Shown piece after piece: positions 17,951 to 27,237 of a stretch of 64,000 nt of DNA; the stretch's first letter is position 1, and each line of letters starts with the position of its first letter. Position numbers and translations under genes: made by a program. Source of the stretch: Deltaproteobacteria bacterium (GTDB lineage Bacteria; Myxococcota; B64-G9); contig JAFGRB010000013.1 in the NCBI GenBank assembly GCA_016935365.1, forward strand, positions 15,990 to 79,989, in the 5' to 3' direction. The notes under the pieces were generated by a model, which was given only the letters and a program-made list of their open reading frames with translations, had not been told where the DNA came from and searched no databases.

Positions 17951-19068
17951 AGCGCTTCCTGATCCGCATCCTGGCCCTGGCCCACAAGGAGACGATCCAC
18001 ATCGCCCGGGACGTGCAGGTCATCTACATGGCGCTCGGCATGCCCGTGGTGCTGCTGCTGCTCTTCGGCTATGCCATCTCCTTCGACCTGGATCGCCTGC
18101 CCACCTGCTTGATCGACCAGGACCGCAGCCCGGCCTCGCGCCGGCTGGCACAGGCCGTGACCGCCTCGGGCGCCTTCGCCATCACGGCGCGCTCGACCTC
18201 GAGCTCGGAGGTCGAGGCCTCCTTCCGGCGCAACGAATTCAAGGTGGCGGTGGTCATCCCCGCGGGCTTCGATCGCGCGCTGCGGCGCGACCAGGCCTCC
18301 GACGCCCAGGTGCTGCTGGACGGATCCGACGGGACCACGACCGGCATCGCCGTGGGCTACCTGGTGGGCATCGCCCAGTCCGAGGCTGCCCGCGTGCTCG
18401 GCGAGCGGGCTTCCTTCACACCGCAGGTGGAGGCCCGGGTGCGCTCGCGCTTCAACCCGGGTATGGAGTCGGCGCGCTACATCGTGCCGGGGCTGATCGC
18501 CCTGATCCTGGCCACGATCGCCGTGCTGCTGACCGCCCTGACCGTGGCCCGGGAGTGGGAGCGGGGCAGCATGGAGCAGCTCTTCTCCACGCCCGTGGGC
18601 CGCCTCGAGGTCGTGCTGGGCAAGCTCCTGCCCTACCTCGTGCTCGGCATGGTGCAGGTGCTGCTCGTGGTCACCCTGGGCACCTGGCTCTTCGACGTGC
18701 CGGTCGAGGGCTCGCTCTGGCTGCTCTTCGGCATCAGCGCCTTGTTCCTCATCTGCATGCTCGGCCAGGGTCTGCTCATCAGCGTGCTCACCCGCAACCA
18801 GATGGTCGCCACCATGGCCGGGGCCCTCAGCTCCATGGTGCCGACGATCCTGCTGTCGGGCTTCCTGATCCCGATCGAGAACATGCCCTGGGCGCTGCGC
18901 GCCCTGTCTGCGCTGATCCCGGCCCGCTACTTCGTCGTGGTCTTGCGGGGAATCCTGCTAAAGGGAAACAGCGCGGTCGACCTGTGGCCGCAAGTGCTGG
19001 CCCTGACCGTCTTCGCCCTGGCCATGGTGCTGCTCTCGACCCTGCGCTTCAGGCGGCGGCTGGACTGA
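17947..19068 (+). CDS. ABC-2 type transporter permease
   Basis: Six-TM ABC-2 permease. Start ATG 17947 overlaps the ATPase stop (ATGA). Confidence 0.85.
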   Translation: MKRFLIRILALAHKETIHIARDVQVIYMALGMPVVLLLLFGYAISFDLDRLPTCLIDQDRSPASRRLAQAVTASGAFAITARSTSSSEVEASFRRNEFKVAVVIPAGFDRALRRDQASDAQVLLDGSDGTTTGIAVGYLVGIAQSEAARVLGERASFTPQVEARVRSRFNPGMESARYIVPGLIALILATIAVLLTALTVAREWERGSMEQLFSTPVGRLEVVLGKLLPYLVLGMVQVLLVVTLGTWLFDVPVEGSLWLLFGISALFLICMLGQGLLISVLTRNQMVATMAGALSSMVPTILLSGFLIPIENMPWALRALSALIPARYFVVVLRGILLKGNSAVDLWPQVLALTVFALAMVLLSTLRFRRRLD

Positions 19069-19078
19069 GGAGCACGCC

Positions 19079-20218
19079 ATGTGGGCTTCGCTCGTGGCCG
19101 TCATGATCAAGGAGCTGCGCCAGGCCTTTCGGGACCGGCGCACGGCGGTCATGCTGATCGTCGCGCCCGTGATCCAGATGACCGTTTTCGGCTATGCGGT
19201 CAACCTGGACGTGGATCACATCCCCACGGCCGTCTTCGACGCGGACCGCGGCCCGGCGAGCCGGGAGCTCGCAGCCGGACTGCTGGCCGGCACGACCTTC
19301 GACCGCGCGGCCTCGGCGAGCAGCGGCGAGGAGGCGTCCCGTATGCTCGAGACGGGCCAGGCGGCCGCGGCCGTGATCCTCGAGCCGGGCTTCGGCCGGC
19401 ATCTCGCGCGCGAGCACACGGCCCCCGTCCAGGTCCTGGTCGACGGCAGCGATCCCAACCGGGCCCAGATCGCCGCCAACGCGGCCGTCCAGTACGGCTA
19501 CCTGCGGAGCCTGGACCTGGCCGAGGGTCAGATCACCAGGCTGGAGGCCAGCACGGGCTGTTCGGTCTCGGTGCCCCGGCTCGGGCTCTCACCCCGGATC
19601 TACTTCAACCCCCGGCTCATCAGCGCTCTGTACATGGTGCCGGGCGTGGCCGTGATCGTGCTGCTGGTCGTGACCACCATGGTCACCGCCATGGGCCTGG
19701 CCCGCGAGCGGGAGGCGGGCACCATGGAGCAGATCATGGTGACCCCGATCCGCCCGGCCGTCCTGCTGACCGGCAAGTGCCTGCCGTTCGCGGCGATCGG
19801 CCTGGTGGACATCGCCACGCTGGTGCTCGTCGGCTCCTGGCTCTTCGACGTGCCCATCCGGGGCCCGCTGCTGGTCATCTTCGCCGGCACGCTGCTGTAC
19901 TCGATGAGCACCCTGGGCATGGGCATCTTCGTGTCCACCATCGGTCGCACCCAGCAGCAGGCGGTCCTGGGGGCCTTCTTCTTCGCCATGCCGGCCATCC
20001 TGCTCTCTGGCTTCCTAACGCCGATCGAGAACATGCCCGCCTGGGTCCAGCCGATCACCTACCTCAACCCGTGCCGCTTCTTCCTCGAGATCATGCGCGG
20101 CTGCCTGCTCAAGGGAGCCGGCTTCGAGGACCTCTCCATGCAGCTCGGCGCCCTGGCCGCCTACGGGCTTCTCATCCTGACCCTCAGCGCGCTGCGATTC
20201 CGCAAGCGCCTCGGTTGA
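19079..20218 (+). CDS. ABC-2 type transporter permease (paralogue)
   Basis: 379 aa, clearly homologous to the preceding permease (same motif order). Confidence 0.85.
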   Translation: MWASLVAVMIKELRQAFRDRRTAVMLIVAPVIQMTVFGYAVNLDVDHIPTAVFDADRGPASRELAAGLLAGTTFDRAASASSGEEASRMLETGQAAAAVILEPGFGRHLAREHTAPVQVLVDGSDPNRAQIAANAAVQYGYLRSLDLAEGQITRLEASTGCSVSVPRLGLSPRIYFNPRLISALYMVPGVAVIVLLVVTTMVTAMGLAREREAGTMEQIMVTPIRPAVLLTGKCLPFAAIGLVDIATLVLVGSWLFDVPIRGPLLVIFAGTLLYSMSTLGMGIFVSTIGRTQQQAVLGAFFFAMPAILLSGFLTPIENMPAWVQPITYLNPCRFFLEIMRGCLLKGAGFEDLSMQLGALAAYGLLILTLSALRFRKRLG

Positions 20219-20227
20219 GAGGAGACG

Positions 20228-20839
20228 ATGCGACTCTCTTCACTCGCCCTGGTCCTCCTGCTGGCCTCGTCCTCACCGCACTTCGGGGCAGCAGGTCTCA
20301 AGCCCGAGGTCCTCGACCTGGCCCTCAAGGCTGCCGCTGCCGCGCAGGAGAGAGGCTTCGGCAAGAACAAGGTCCTGTGCGTCATCGACTACTCGCTGCC
20401 GTCGACGAAAAGACGCCTGTGGATCTTCGACCTCGAGCGGAAGAAGCTCCTCTTCCACGAGCTGGTCGCCCACGGCAAGGGCAGCGGCGAAAATCACGCA
20501 AACGTGTTCTCCAACCGGCAAGGGTCCTACGCCTCCAGCCTCGGTCTCTTCCAGGCCACCGAGACCTACCAGGGCAAGCACGGCTACACGCTGAAGCTCG
20601 TGGGTCTGGAGAAGGGCATCAACCACCACGCCGAGGAGAGGAGCATCGTCATCCACGGCGCCTGGTACGTGAGCCAGGCCTTCGCCAAGCGGGTCGGACG
20701 CCTGGGCCGCTCCTGGGGCTGCCCGGCCGTGTCCAAGAAGGCAGCCCGGAAGGTCATCGACAGCCTCAAGGGCGGAGGCCTTATCTTCGTCTACTATCCA
20801 GACAGAAGCTGGCTCGGGAAATCGGCTTTTCTGAACTAG
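20228..20839 (+). CDS. secreted L,D-transpeptidase catalytic-domain (YkuD_2-like) family protein
   Basis: Signal peptide MRLSSLALVLLLASS plus HG...SWGCP, a Cys-containing catalytic-like motif. Confidence 0.55.
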   Translation: MRLSSLALVLLLASSSPHFGAAGLKPEVLDLALKAAAAAQERGFGKNKVLCVIDYSLPSTKRRLWIFDLERKKLLFHELVAHGKGSGENHANVFSNRQGSYASSLGLFQATETYQGKHGYTLKLVGLEKGINHHAEERSIVIHGAWYVSQAFAKRVGRLGRSWGCPAVSKKAARKVIDSLKGGGLIFVYYPDRSWLGKSAFLN

Positions 20840-20857
20840 GCGTATGGCAGCGCGATC

Positions 20858-21313
20858 TCAGGGCTTCTCGAGGCGAAAGCGGGTCAGCTCGGGATCGCTG
20901 ATCGACGGCGCCACGGCCACGGCGTAGCTGGCCAGGGCCGGACGGCCGGGGCCCGGCTCCACCAGCACCACCTTGCGGGTGCCGATGGCCACCGGTGTCT
21001 TTAGGCGGGCGTCGAACATGCCCTCGTCGATGCGGTCGATGACCTGGACGCAGATCCGATCGCCGTCCTGCATGCGTACCTTGACCCGCCCGCCGGGGCT
21101 CAGCAGCTCGGTCTCGAACTGCTTCTCGCCCAGCATCAATGCCGTGCGCAGCAGTTCCTGCCGCGCCCTGCCCTTCTCGTCCAGACCTGTGGCCTTGTGG
21201 GCCCGGATCTGGAGGTCCACGAACTCGCTGGTGATGGCCGAGAGGTTCACGGGTCTATCCTCCCTCTGGACGAGATCCGTCGCGTGGGAGACGATCTGGT
21301 TCGACCATTGCAT
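20858..21313 (-). CDS. hypothetical protein (151 aa)
   Basis: ATG 21313 is preceded by GGAGGA. High GC3. Divergent from the ECF sigma gene. Confidence 0.5.
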   Translation of the reverse strand: MQWSNQIVSHATDLVQREDRPVNLSAITSEFVDLQIRAHKATGLDEKGRARQELLRTALMLGEKQFETELLSPGGRVKVRMQDGDRICVQVIDRIDEGMFDARLKTPVAIGTRKVVLVEPGPGRPALASYAVAVAPSISDPELTRFRLEKP

Positions 21314-21376
21314 GGCTCGTCCTCCGCTTGGCAGATGACTCCACCTGGGAGTACGCTGTGGACGGGCGGCCAGGAC

Positions 21377-21386
21377 AAAAAAAAAA
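21377..21386 (+). repeat. A10 homopolymer tract ending in the ECF sigma start codon
   Basis: ten consecutive A residues in a ~70% GC background; the last A is the A of ATG 21386. Confidence 0.9.
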
Positions 21387-22012
21387 TGTCCTTTACCGCA
21401 CTCCCGAGCGTACTGCGGGTTGCGAGCTTGGAACATGGCCGGTTGACACGTCGGACTGTCGAGTCCTTCCGACAGGGAGAGGCCGATGCCTTGGCCCAGG
21501 TCATCCGTGTGTTCACGCCCCTGGTGAGGTCGATCGTGTGCCGGTACTGGAAGAGCGAGTTCGAGCGCGAGGAGGCGGCTCACCTGGTGTGGCTGAAAGC
21601 CTACGAGAAGCGCATGGACGTGGATCCGGACCAGTCCGAGACCTTCGCCGGCTGGCTGGCCACCCTGGCCCGCCACCGCTGCATCGATCGCCTGCGCAGG
21701 CAGGGGCGGCAGATCGGCCCGGACAGAGACGATCCCCAGGTGAGCCTGGAGCGGGCGACCGAGCCGGCCCGGGCCGAGGAGCTCGTGCAGCGCAAGCAGC
21801 TCCAGGCAGCCCTGGAGGGCTTCGCCTCCGGCCTGGAGGCCGACTGGCGGCGGTTCTTCCAGCTCCACTTCCAGCAGGGGCTGGACTACAGCCAGGTGGC
21901 GGCCGAGCTGGGCATCAGCGTGCGCCGCTGCAAGTACCTGAAGAAGGTCCTGGTGCAAAAGGCGCGCAGGCACACGCCGCTGCTCCAGGCCCTGGGAAGG
22001 GGGTCTGGCTGA
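21386..22012 (+). CDS. ECF-family RNA polymerase sigma factor (sigma-70 regions 2 and 4)
   Basis: Region 2 (FTPLVRSIVCRYW...AHLVWLKAY) and region 4 HTH (YSQVAAELGISVRRCKYL). Confidence 0.85.
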   Translation: MSFTALPSVLRVASLEHGRLTRRTVESFRQGEADALAQVIRVFTPLVRSIVCRYWKSEFEREEAAHLVWLKAYEKRMDVDPDQSETFAGWLATLARHRCIDRLRRQGRQIGPDRDDPQVSLERATEPARAEELVQRKQLQAALEGFASGLEADWRRFFQLHFQQGLDYSQVAAELGISVRRCKYLKKVLVQKARRHTPLLQALGRGSG

Positions 22013-22013
22013 C

Positions 22014-22850
22014 ATGCACGCCCGCGAGCAGATCGATCGCTACCTGTGCGACGACCTGGGCTCCTGGAGCGCCGCGCGCATGCGACGGCACCTGTCCGCC
22101 TGCCCGGCCTGCCGGGAACGCTACGACGAGCAGATCCTGCTCGTGCGCGCCCTGCACGGAGATGCAGGCGCGCCCGGCGCGGACGAGTTGGCGAGGATGG
22201 TGCGCCGGGTGGAGCGCGAGCTGGGCCTGACCCAAAAGCCAGACGCAGGCCAGCGGGCCCTGAAGTGGGCCCTGGGGATCGCGGGCGCGGCCGCGGCCTG
22301 TCTTGCCCTGCTGCTCGTGCTCTGGAGCCCCGCCGAGCCAGAGGCGCCGAAGATCCAGGAGCCGAGCTGGCTGGAGAGCGGTCCTGTCGCGAGCTCTCTG
22401 GTCACCGAGGCCGGCGTTCGAATCGAGATCCATCCTCACAGCCGCTACCGCGTCTGCGACGCCGGTCGGCTCATGGAGCTCGCCAGCGGCAAGGTCTGCT
22501 GCCGGGTCGAGCCCGGCACGGGCGGGTTCTCGGTACGCACGCCCGAGGCCCGGGTGGACGTGCGGGGCACCTCCTTCGTCGTCGATCGCCTGTCCGAGGC
22601 ACGGACCACGGTGCGGGTCATCGAGGGCCGGGTGGAGGTGTCGGGCGAGAAGGGTAAGGCCCTTGTGCTCGACGCTGGCCAGCGCTGCATCGTCAAGGCG
22701 GGCGGGGCCCCGGTCCGTATCGCATACAAGCCCGCAGCGAAGCCTCCCACGGCCAAGCCGCGCAGCGATTGGGACTGGTTCTGGGAGCGCCTGGGCAAGG
22801 ACCTCTCCCAGGCGACGGAGGACATCGGCGATCTGATCTTCGGCGACTAG
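22014..22850 (+). CDS. anti-sigma factor: N-terminal zf-HC2 zinc finger plus FecR domain
   Basis: HLSACPACRERY (zf-HC2), one TM segment and a FecR-like periplasmic domain. The start is 2 nt after the sigma stop. Confidence 0.8.
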   Translation: MHAREQIDRYLCDDLGSWSAARMRRHLSACPACRERYDEQILLVRALHGDAGAPGADELARMVRRVERELGLTQKPDAGQRALKWALGIAGAAAACLALLLVLWSPAEPEAPKIQEPSWLESGPVASSLVTEAGVRIEIHPHSRYRVCDAGRLMELASGKVCCRVEPGTGGFSVRTPEARVDVRGTSFVVDRLSEARTTVRVIEGRVEVSGEKGKALVLDAGQRCIVKAGGAPVRIAYKPAAKPPTAKPRSDWDWFWERLGKDLSQATEDIGDLIFGD

Positions 22851-22865
22851 CCGCCCGAAGAGCCT

Positions 22866-23534
22866 TCATGCCCCCCTGGGCCTGGTCTCCTCCAGCAAGG
22901 AAGCGACGAGCCGATCGCGCTCCTCGACCAGTCGCTGCGCAGCTTCGCCATCCAGGCCCGCGAGCCGGGCGAGCCGCAGCACATCGAGGCCGCGCAACAC
23001 CCATGCCAGGGTCAGCGGTGAGAAGCCGCCGTCCTTTCGGGGCGCATCGCGCAAGGCCAGGCGCAGATCACGACCCGCAGCCAGCAAGGCGATCACGTCC
23101 TGCAGGTCTCGGATCTCAGCCCTTCCGAGAAGGGAGCAGAGCTTGTCCGCGAGTATCTCCTGAGCGCTGGCGACAAGGATCTGCACCCCGCCGAGATCCG
23201 CCTCGGCGTCGGGGTGGACCGCCTCGCCCGGCTCCGCCGCGAGGTCGACGACCACCACCTCGTCCGAGCGGGCGACCCGCAGGCGGGAGAATGCCGGCGC
23301 CGACTGCAAGCGCTGGATCTCGAATCCAGCCGCAGCCAGTTCCCGTTCGACCAAGGCGGTCAGATCCCCCAGCCTATCTCTCCCACGCCAGAACAGGTCC
23401 AGATCGCGGGTCTCGCGATGACCCAGGTGGAAGCCCGCCAGGGCTGCGCCGCCCACCAGCGTATACTGCGGCCGGATATCCGCGAGCGCTCGCAGGACCG
23501 CGAGCTGCAGCTCCGTGAGTCTATTGGAGGCCAT
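22866..23534 (-). CDS. nucleotidyltransferase of the AbiEii/DUF1814 family (putative toxin/abortive-infection effector)
   Basis: LVGGAALAGFHLGHRETRDLDLFW is the GS-X-DxD nucleotidyltransferase motif. Start ATG 23534 (MASNRLTELQ). Confidence 0.65.
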   Translation of the reverse strand: MASNRLTELQLAVLRALADIRPQYTLVGGAALAGFHLGHRETRDLDLFWRGRDRLGDLTALVERELAAAGFEIQRLQSAPAFSRLRVARSDEVVVVDLAAEPGEAVHPDAEADLGGVQILVASAQEILADKLCSLLGRAEIRDLQDVIALLAAGRDLRLALRDAPRKDGGFSPLTLAWVLRGLDVLRLARLAGLDGEAAQRLVEERDRLVASLLEETRPRGA

Positions 23535-23823
23535 GTCCAGGTCGTCTCCACGTATCGAGCAGCCAGCGCCAGAACGCGGCGCTCTCGCCGAGGTGCTTCT
23601 CGACGGCTGCCCAGCTCGCCAGGATCTCGCCGAGGGACACGAACTCGAACACGTCATCCGGCTTGGCCTGGCGCATGAGCTTGCCGATCAAGTACGCGCG
23701 CACCTCGGGATCGGGATCGGCGAGGCCTTCCCGGAAAGACTCCAGCGTCATGTCCATGTCCCACAGGAAGTACGGCCGGCCGCGTGCATCGACCAGCAGC
23801 TCGGGCGGTGTCGGGTTGAGCAT
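23521..23823 (-). CDS. small hypothetical protein (100 aa) immediately upstream of, and overlapping, the AbiEii-like gene; possible cognate partner
   Basis: Strong RBS GGGGGAGGAGGA precedes ATG 23823. It overlaps the nucleotidyltransferase gene by 14 nt. No domain recognised. Confidence 0.55.
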   Translation of the reverse strand: MLNPTPPELLVDARGRPYFLWDMDMTLESFREGLADPDPEVRAYLIGKLMRQAKPDDVFEFVSLGEILASWAAVEKHLGESAAFWRWLLDTWRRPGHGLQ

Positions 23824-23877
23824 GGCATCCTCCTCCCCCAGGATAGCCCAGCCAGCGCGGGAATCGCCAGCCTCGTC

Positions 23878-23901
23878 TCCTGCCGTCCTGCCGTCCTGCC
23901 G
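23878..23901. repeat. three perfect tandem copies of TCCTGCCG in the promoter region of the nucleotidyltransferase operon
   Basis: seen directly; 55-78 nt upstream of ATG 23823. Confidence 0.8.
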
Positions 23902-23905
23902 CCTA

Positions 23906-25243
23906 TCATTTCTCGGAGTCGCAGCCGGGTTCGACTTCCAGAAGCTCGCCCAGCAAGGTGTGGCCCCGGGCCTCGGCCATGCGCACGCAGACCGTCTCGC
24001 CCGCAGCCCCCTCCGAGGCGAAGTTCACCACCCGGTTGCAGCGCGTCCGGCCGGTCTGGGCGCGCGGATCGCGAAGGCTCTGCCCCTCGACCAGCACCTC
24101 GAGCCGCCGGCCCTCCAGCCGTGCCAGGCTCCTGGCCTCGAGCCGGGCGAGCAGATCCTGCAGCGTCTCCAGGCGCCGCTGCTTGACCGAGGCCGGGACG
24201 TCGTCCTCGAGCTCTCTCGCGGCCGGCGTGCCGGGTCTCGGGGAGTACTTGAAGGAGAACGCGCTGTCGAAGGCCGCCTCCTCGACCGCGTCCATGGTGG
24301 CCCGGAAGTCCGCCTCGCGCTCGCCGGGAAAACCCACGATGAGGTCCGTGCTGAGCGCGATGCCGGGGACGGAGGCCCGCAGCGCGCGCGCCCTGTCCAG
24401 GAAGCCCTGGCGGCTGTACCCGCGCCGCATGCGCCCGAGCACCTCGTCCGAGCCCGACTGCAGCGCGAGGTGCAAATGCTCGCAGACCCGCGGCAGACCG
24501 GCCATGGCCTCGATCAGATCATCGCCCAGATCCTTGGGGTGCGAGGTGGTGAATCGGATTCGGTCCACGGCCGCCTGGCGATCGAGCGCGCGCAGCAGGC
24601 CCGGAAAGCGCGTGCCGGATTCGGGGTCGCGGTAGGAGTTGACGTTCTGGCCGAGCAGGGTGATCTCCTGCGCACCCGCCCTGGCCAGGGCCTCGACTTC
24701 GGCCAGGACATCCGCGAGCGGCTTGCTCACCTCGCACCCCCGGACTAGCGGTACGATGCAGTAGGCGCAGTGGTTGTCGCAGCCCTTCATCACGGTCACC
24801 AGGCGGCTCACCCCGCAGCCGCGCCGAGCGGGCAGCGGCGCGAAGCAAGGCGAGTCCGGGCCGTGCGCGCGGACGTCGCACACGCCCCGCTCGTCTCGCG
24901 CAAGGCGCTCGACGATGGAGCCGATGCGGCCCACGGCATCCGTGCCGACCACCGCGTCGAGCAGCCCCGTGTCCAGAAGCCTCGCCCCGTGCTGCTGGGC
25001 CACGCAGCCCGTCAGCACGACCTTGGCCCCCCGCCGCCTGCGCGCTTGCTTGTGTCGCCCTGCCTCGCTCAGGGCCTTGTGCTCGGGCTTGGCCCTCACC
25101 GAGCAGGTGTTGATGAGGATCAGATCCGCCTCGGCCGCTCGATCCACCGCCTGCAAGCCCGCGGCCTCGAGCAGGCCGGCCATGCGGTCGGAGTCGTGCA
25201 CGTTCATCTGACAGCCGAAGGTGCGGATGAAAAAGGACCTCAT
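23906..25243 (-). CDS. miaB: tRNA-2-methylthio-N6-dimethylallyladenosine synthase (radical-SAM methylthiotransferase)
   Basis: N-terminal FIRTFGCQMN, radical-SAM CDNHCAYC and a TRAM domain. Start 25243 overlaps the upstream stop (ATGA). Confidence 0.85.
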   Translation of the reverse strand: MRSFFIRTFGCQMNVHDSDRMAGLLEAAGLQAVDRAAEADLILINTCSVRAKPEHKALSEAGRHKQARRRRGAKVVLTGCVAQQHGARLLDTGLLDAVVGTDAVGRIGSIVERLARDERGVCDVRAHGPDSPCFAPLPARRGCGVSRLVTVMKGCDNHCAYCIVPLVRGCEVSKPLADVLAEVEALARAGAQEITLLGQNVNSYRDPESGTRFPGLLRALDRQAAVDRIRFTTSHPKDLGDDLIEAMAGLPRVCEHLHLALQSGSDEVLGRMRRGYSRQGFLDRARALRASVPGIALSTDLIVGFPGEREADFRATMDAVEEAAFDSAFSFKYSPRPGTPAARELEDDVPASVKQRRLETLQDLLARLEARSLARLEGRRLEVLVEGQSLRDPRAQTGRTRCNRVVNFASEGAAGETVCVRMAEARGHTLLGELLEVEPGCDSEK

Positions 25244-27237
25244 CAGCGCTTTAGATGCATGAGGATGCTTCCATAGCCCGAGATCCAGACGTCGCTCGTC
25301 CCGGCGCCGGAAATGGCCGCGACGCCGGAGCACGCGCTCGTGTAGGCGGAATCCCAGGCGACGCCGTCCCAGTGGAAGACGGTCCCCGATCTGCCCGCGA
25401 TCCAGACGTCGTCCGAGGCGCTCCCCCATACGTCGGAGAGGCCCTCGGTCGTCTGGAGATCCACCGGAGTCCACTCGGCTCCCTGCCAGTGCAGGACCGT
25501 GCCCCGCTCGCCCACGGCCCAGATATCATCGGAGGAGGTCCCCCAGACGCCGTGCAGGAACGAGTCGGTGTCGGTGAGGGACCAGCTCTCGCCATCGTAG
25601 TGCGCGAGCCCGTCGCCGACCGCCCAGACATCCGTCCCCGAGAAAGCGATCACGTCTCTCAGGAAGAGGATGCTCGACAACGGCGCGAAGTCGTTCCACC
25701 GCTCGCCATCCCAGTGCATCACGGCGGCGCCGGACGAGCTCCAGCGGCCCACCGCCCAGACGTCGTCGGGTCCCCTCCCGGAGATGCCCTCCAGACCCGG
25801 GCAGGCGACCGGCTCGTCCCAAGCGCTTCCGTCGAAGTGGTAGATGTGGGTACCCACAACCCAGACATCGTCCGCCGACGCCGCCCAGACCGCCCGGCCG
25901 TAGGATCCGCTCCCCGGCAGGCTCGTCTCGGTCCAGGTCGAGCCGTTCCAGCGCAAGACGACGGGTCCCCCCACTGCCCAGGCGTCGTCTGCCCCCAGGG
26001 CCCAGATACCCATGAAGGCCGCCGATACCCCGGTCTGCTCCCGCACCAGCTCGACTCCATTCCACCGGCACATCTGGCCGCTGTTGCCCACGAACCAGGG
26101 CTGGCTGGCGCCACCGCCGGTGGCATACAGGTGCGCCCCGGCGCCCCCGCAACCGCCGGAGATGTCCTGCCAGCTCGTACCGTCCCAATGCACGACGGTT
26201 CCGCCGTTGCCGCCCGCCAAAACGTCGTCGGCGCCTGTCCCCCACACCCCCTGGAGGCCGCCGCCGGTGTGGCTTGCGACGCGCGAGAGCTGAGCCCCGT
26301 CCCAGTGCAGGATGGTCGCCTCGTCGTACTGGTTGTGATAGTCCCCCACCACCCAGACGTCGTCCCCGGAAGCGCCCCAGACGCCCGAGAGCAAGGGCTG
26401 GACATCCAGGCCGCTGTCGAGCTCGTTCCACCGCTGACCGTCGAAGCGGATGATCGTGCCTGAGCCGACCGCCCAGACCTCGTCAGGTGAGCGAAGCCAG
26501 ATATCCTGCAACGCGCTGTGGGAAGTGTCCTGCGACCAGACCCCTCCGTCCCGGCAGAGCATGCCTTCTCGGCCCGCGATCCAGACCCGGCCCTGGCCGT
26601 CGGCCGCAACGGCCTCGAAGTGATCGTCGAAGCCCGTGCTCACGGGGCTCCAGCCAGCTCCATCCCAGTGCAGGACCGTCCCGTCGGTCCCGACCGCCCA
26701 CGCGTCGTCCGCGCTCGTCACCCAGACGTCAGCCAGGCTCTCTCGCACCCCGCTCTCCACGATGGTCCAGTTCGTGCCGTTCCAGTGCAGGATCATCCCG
26801 CCCTCTCCGACCGCCCACAGATCGCTGTCGCTGATCCCGTCCACGCCCCGGAGGGTGTTGCCCTGCGGAAGCGGATTCTCCCAGCACCAGCCTGAGCTGA
26901 CGCAGCTTCCCGGACCGCAGACGTTGGCCCCACCGCCGCCGCAGACCTCCGGGGCCTGGCACGTACCGCAAAACACCGTCCTCAAGTTGCCGCAGGCATC
27001 CAGGCGGGTCACCTCTCCGCAGTCGAGGCCCAGGCGGGCGCAGAGCCCGGCTGCGCTCTCACAGGCCTCCGCGTCCGCCGGCCCGGCATCGGTCTCGCCT
27101 CCGTCCAGGGTCAAGCCGTCCTCACCGGCATCCGTCACGCCACCGCCATCTCCATCAGGCTCGGACGGCACGCCGCTGCTACAGTGGACTGCGAGCAAGC
27201 CGCACAGGCTCGCGATGAGAATCCGTTCGCGCATCAT
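25243..27237 (-). CDS. lipoprotein with a Cys-rich segment and ~12 tandem ~40-aa beta-propeller-like repeats (DVWAVG-GTVLHWDG-W)
   Basis: Signal/lipobox MMRERILIASLCGLLAVHC, then repeats seen directly in the translation. Confidence 0.75.
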   Translation of the reverse strand: MMRERILIASLCGLLAVHCSSGVPSEPDGDGGGVTDAGEDGLTLDGGETDAGPADAEACESAAGLCARLGLDCGEVTRLDACGNLRTVFCGTCQAPEVCGGGGANVCGPGSCVSSGWCWENPLPQGNTLRGVDGISDSDLWAVGEGGMILHWNGTNWTIVESGVRESLADVWVTSADDAWAVGTDGTVLHWDGAGWSPVSTGFDDHFEAVAADGQGRVWIAGREGMLCRDGGVWSQDTSHSALQDIWLRSPDEVWAVGSGTIIRFDGQRWNELDSGLDVQPLLSGVWGASGDDVWVVGDYHNQYDEATILHWDGAQLSRVASHTGGGLQGVWGTGADDVLAGGNGGTVVHWDGTSWQDISGGCGGAGAHLYATGGGASQPWFVGNSGQMCRWNGVELVREQTGVSAAFMGIWALGADDAWAVGGPVVLRWNGSTWTETSLPGSGSYGRAVWAASADDVWVVGTHIYHFDGSAWDEPVACPGLEGISGRGPDDVWAVGRWSSSGAAVMHWDGERWNDFAPLSSILFLRDVIAFSGTDVWAVGDGLAHYDGESWSLTDTDSFLHGVWGTSSDDIWAVGERGTVLHWQGAEWTPVDLQTTEGLSDVWGSASDDVWIAGRSGTVFHWDGVAWDSAYTSACSGVAAISGAGTSDVWISGYGSILMHLKR

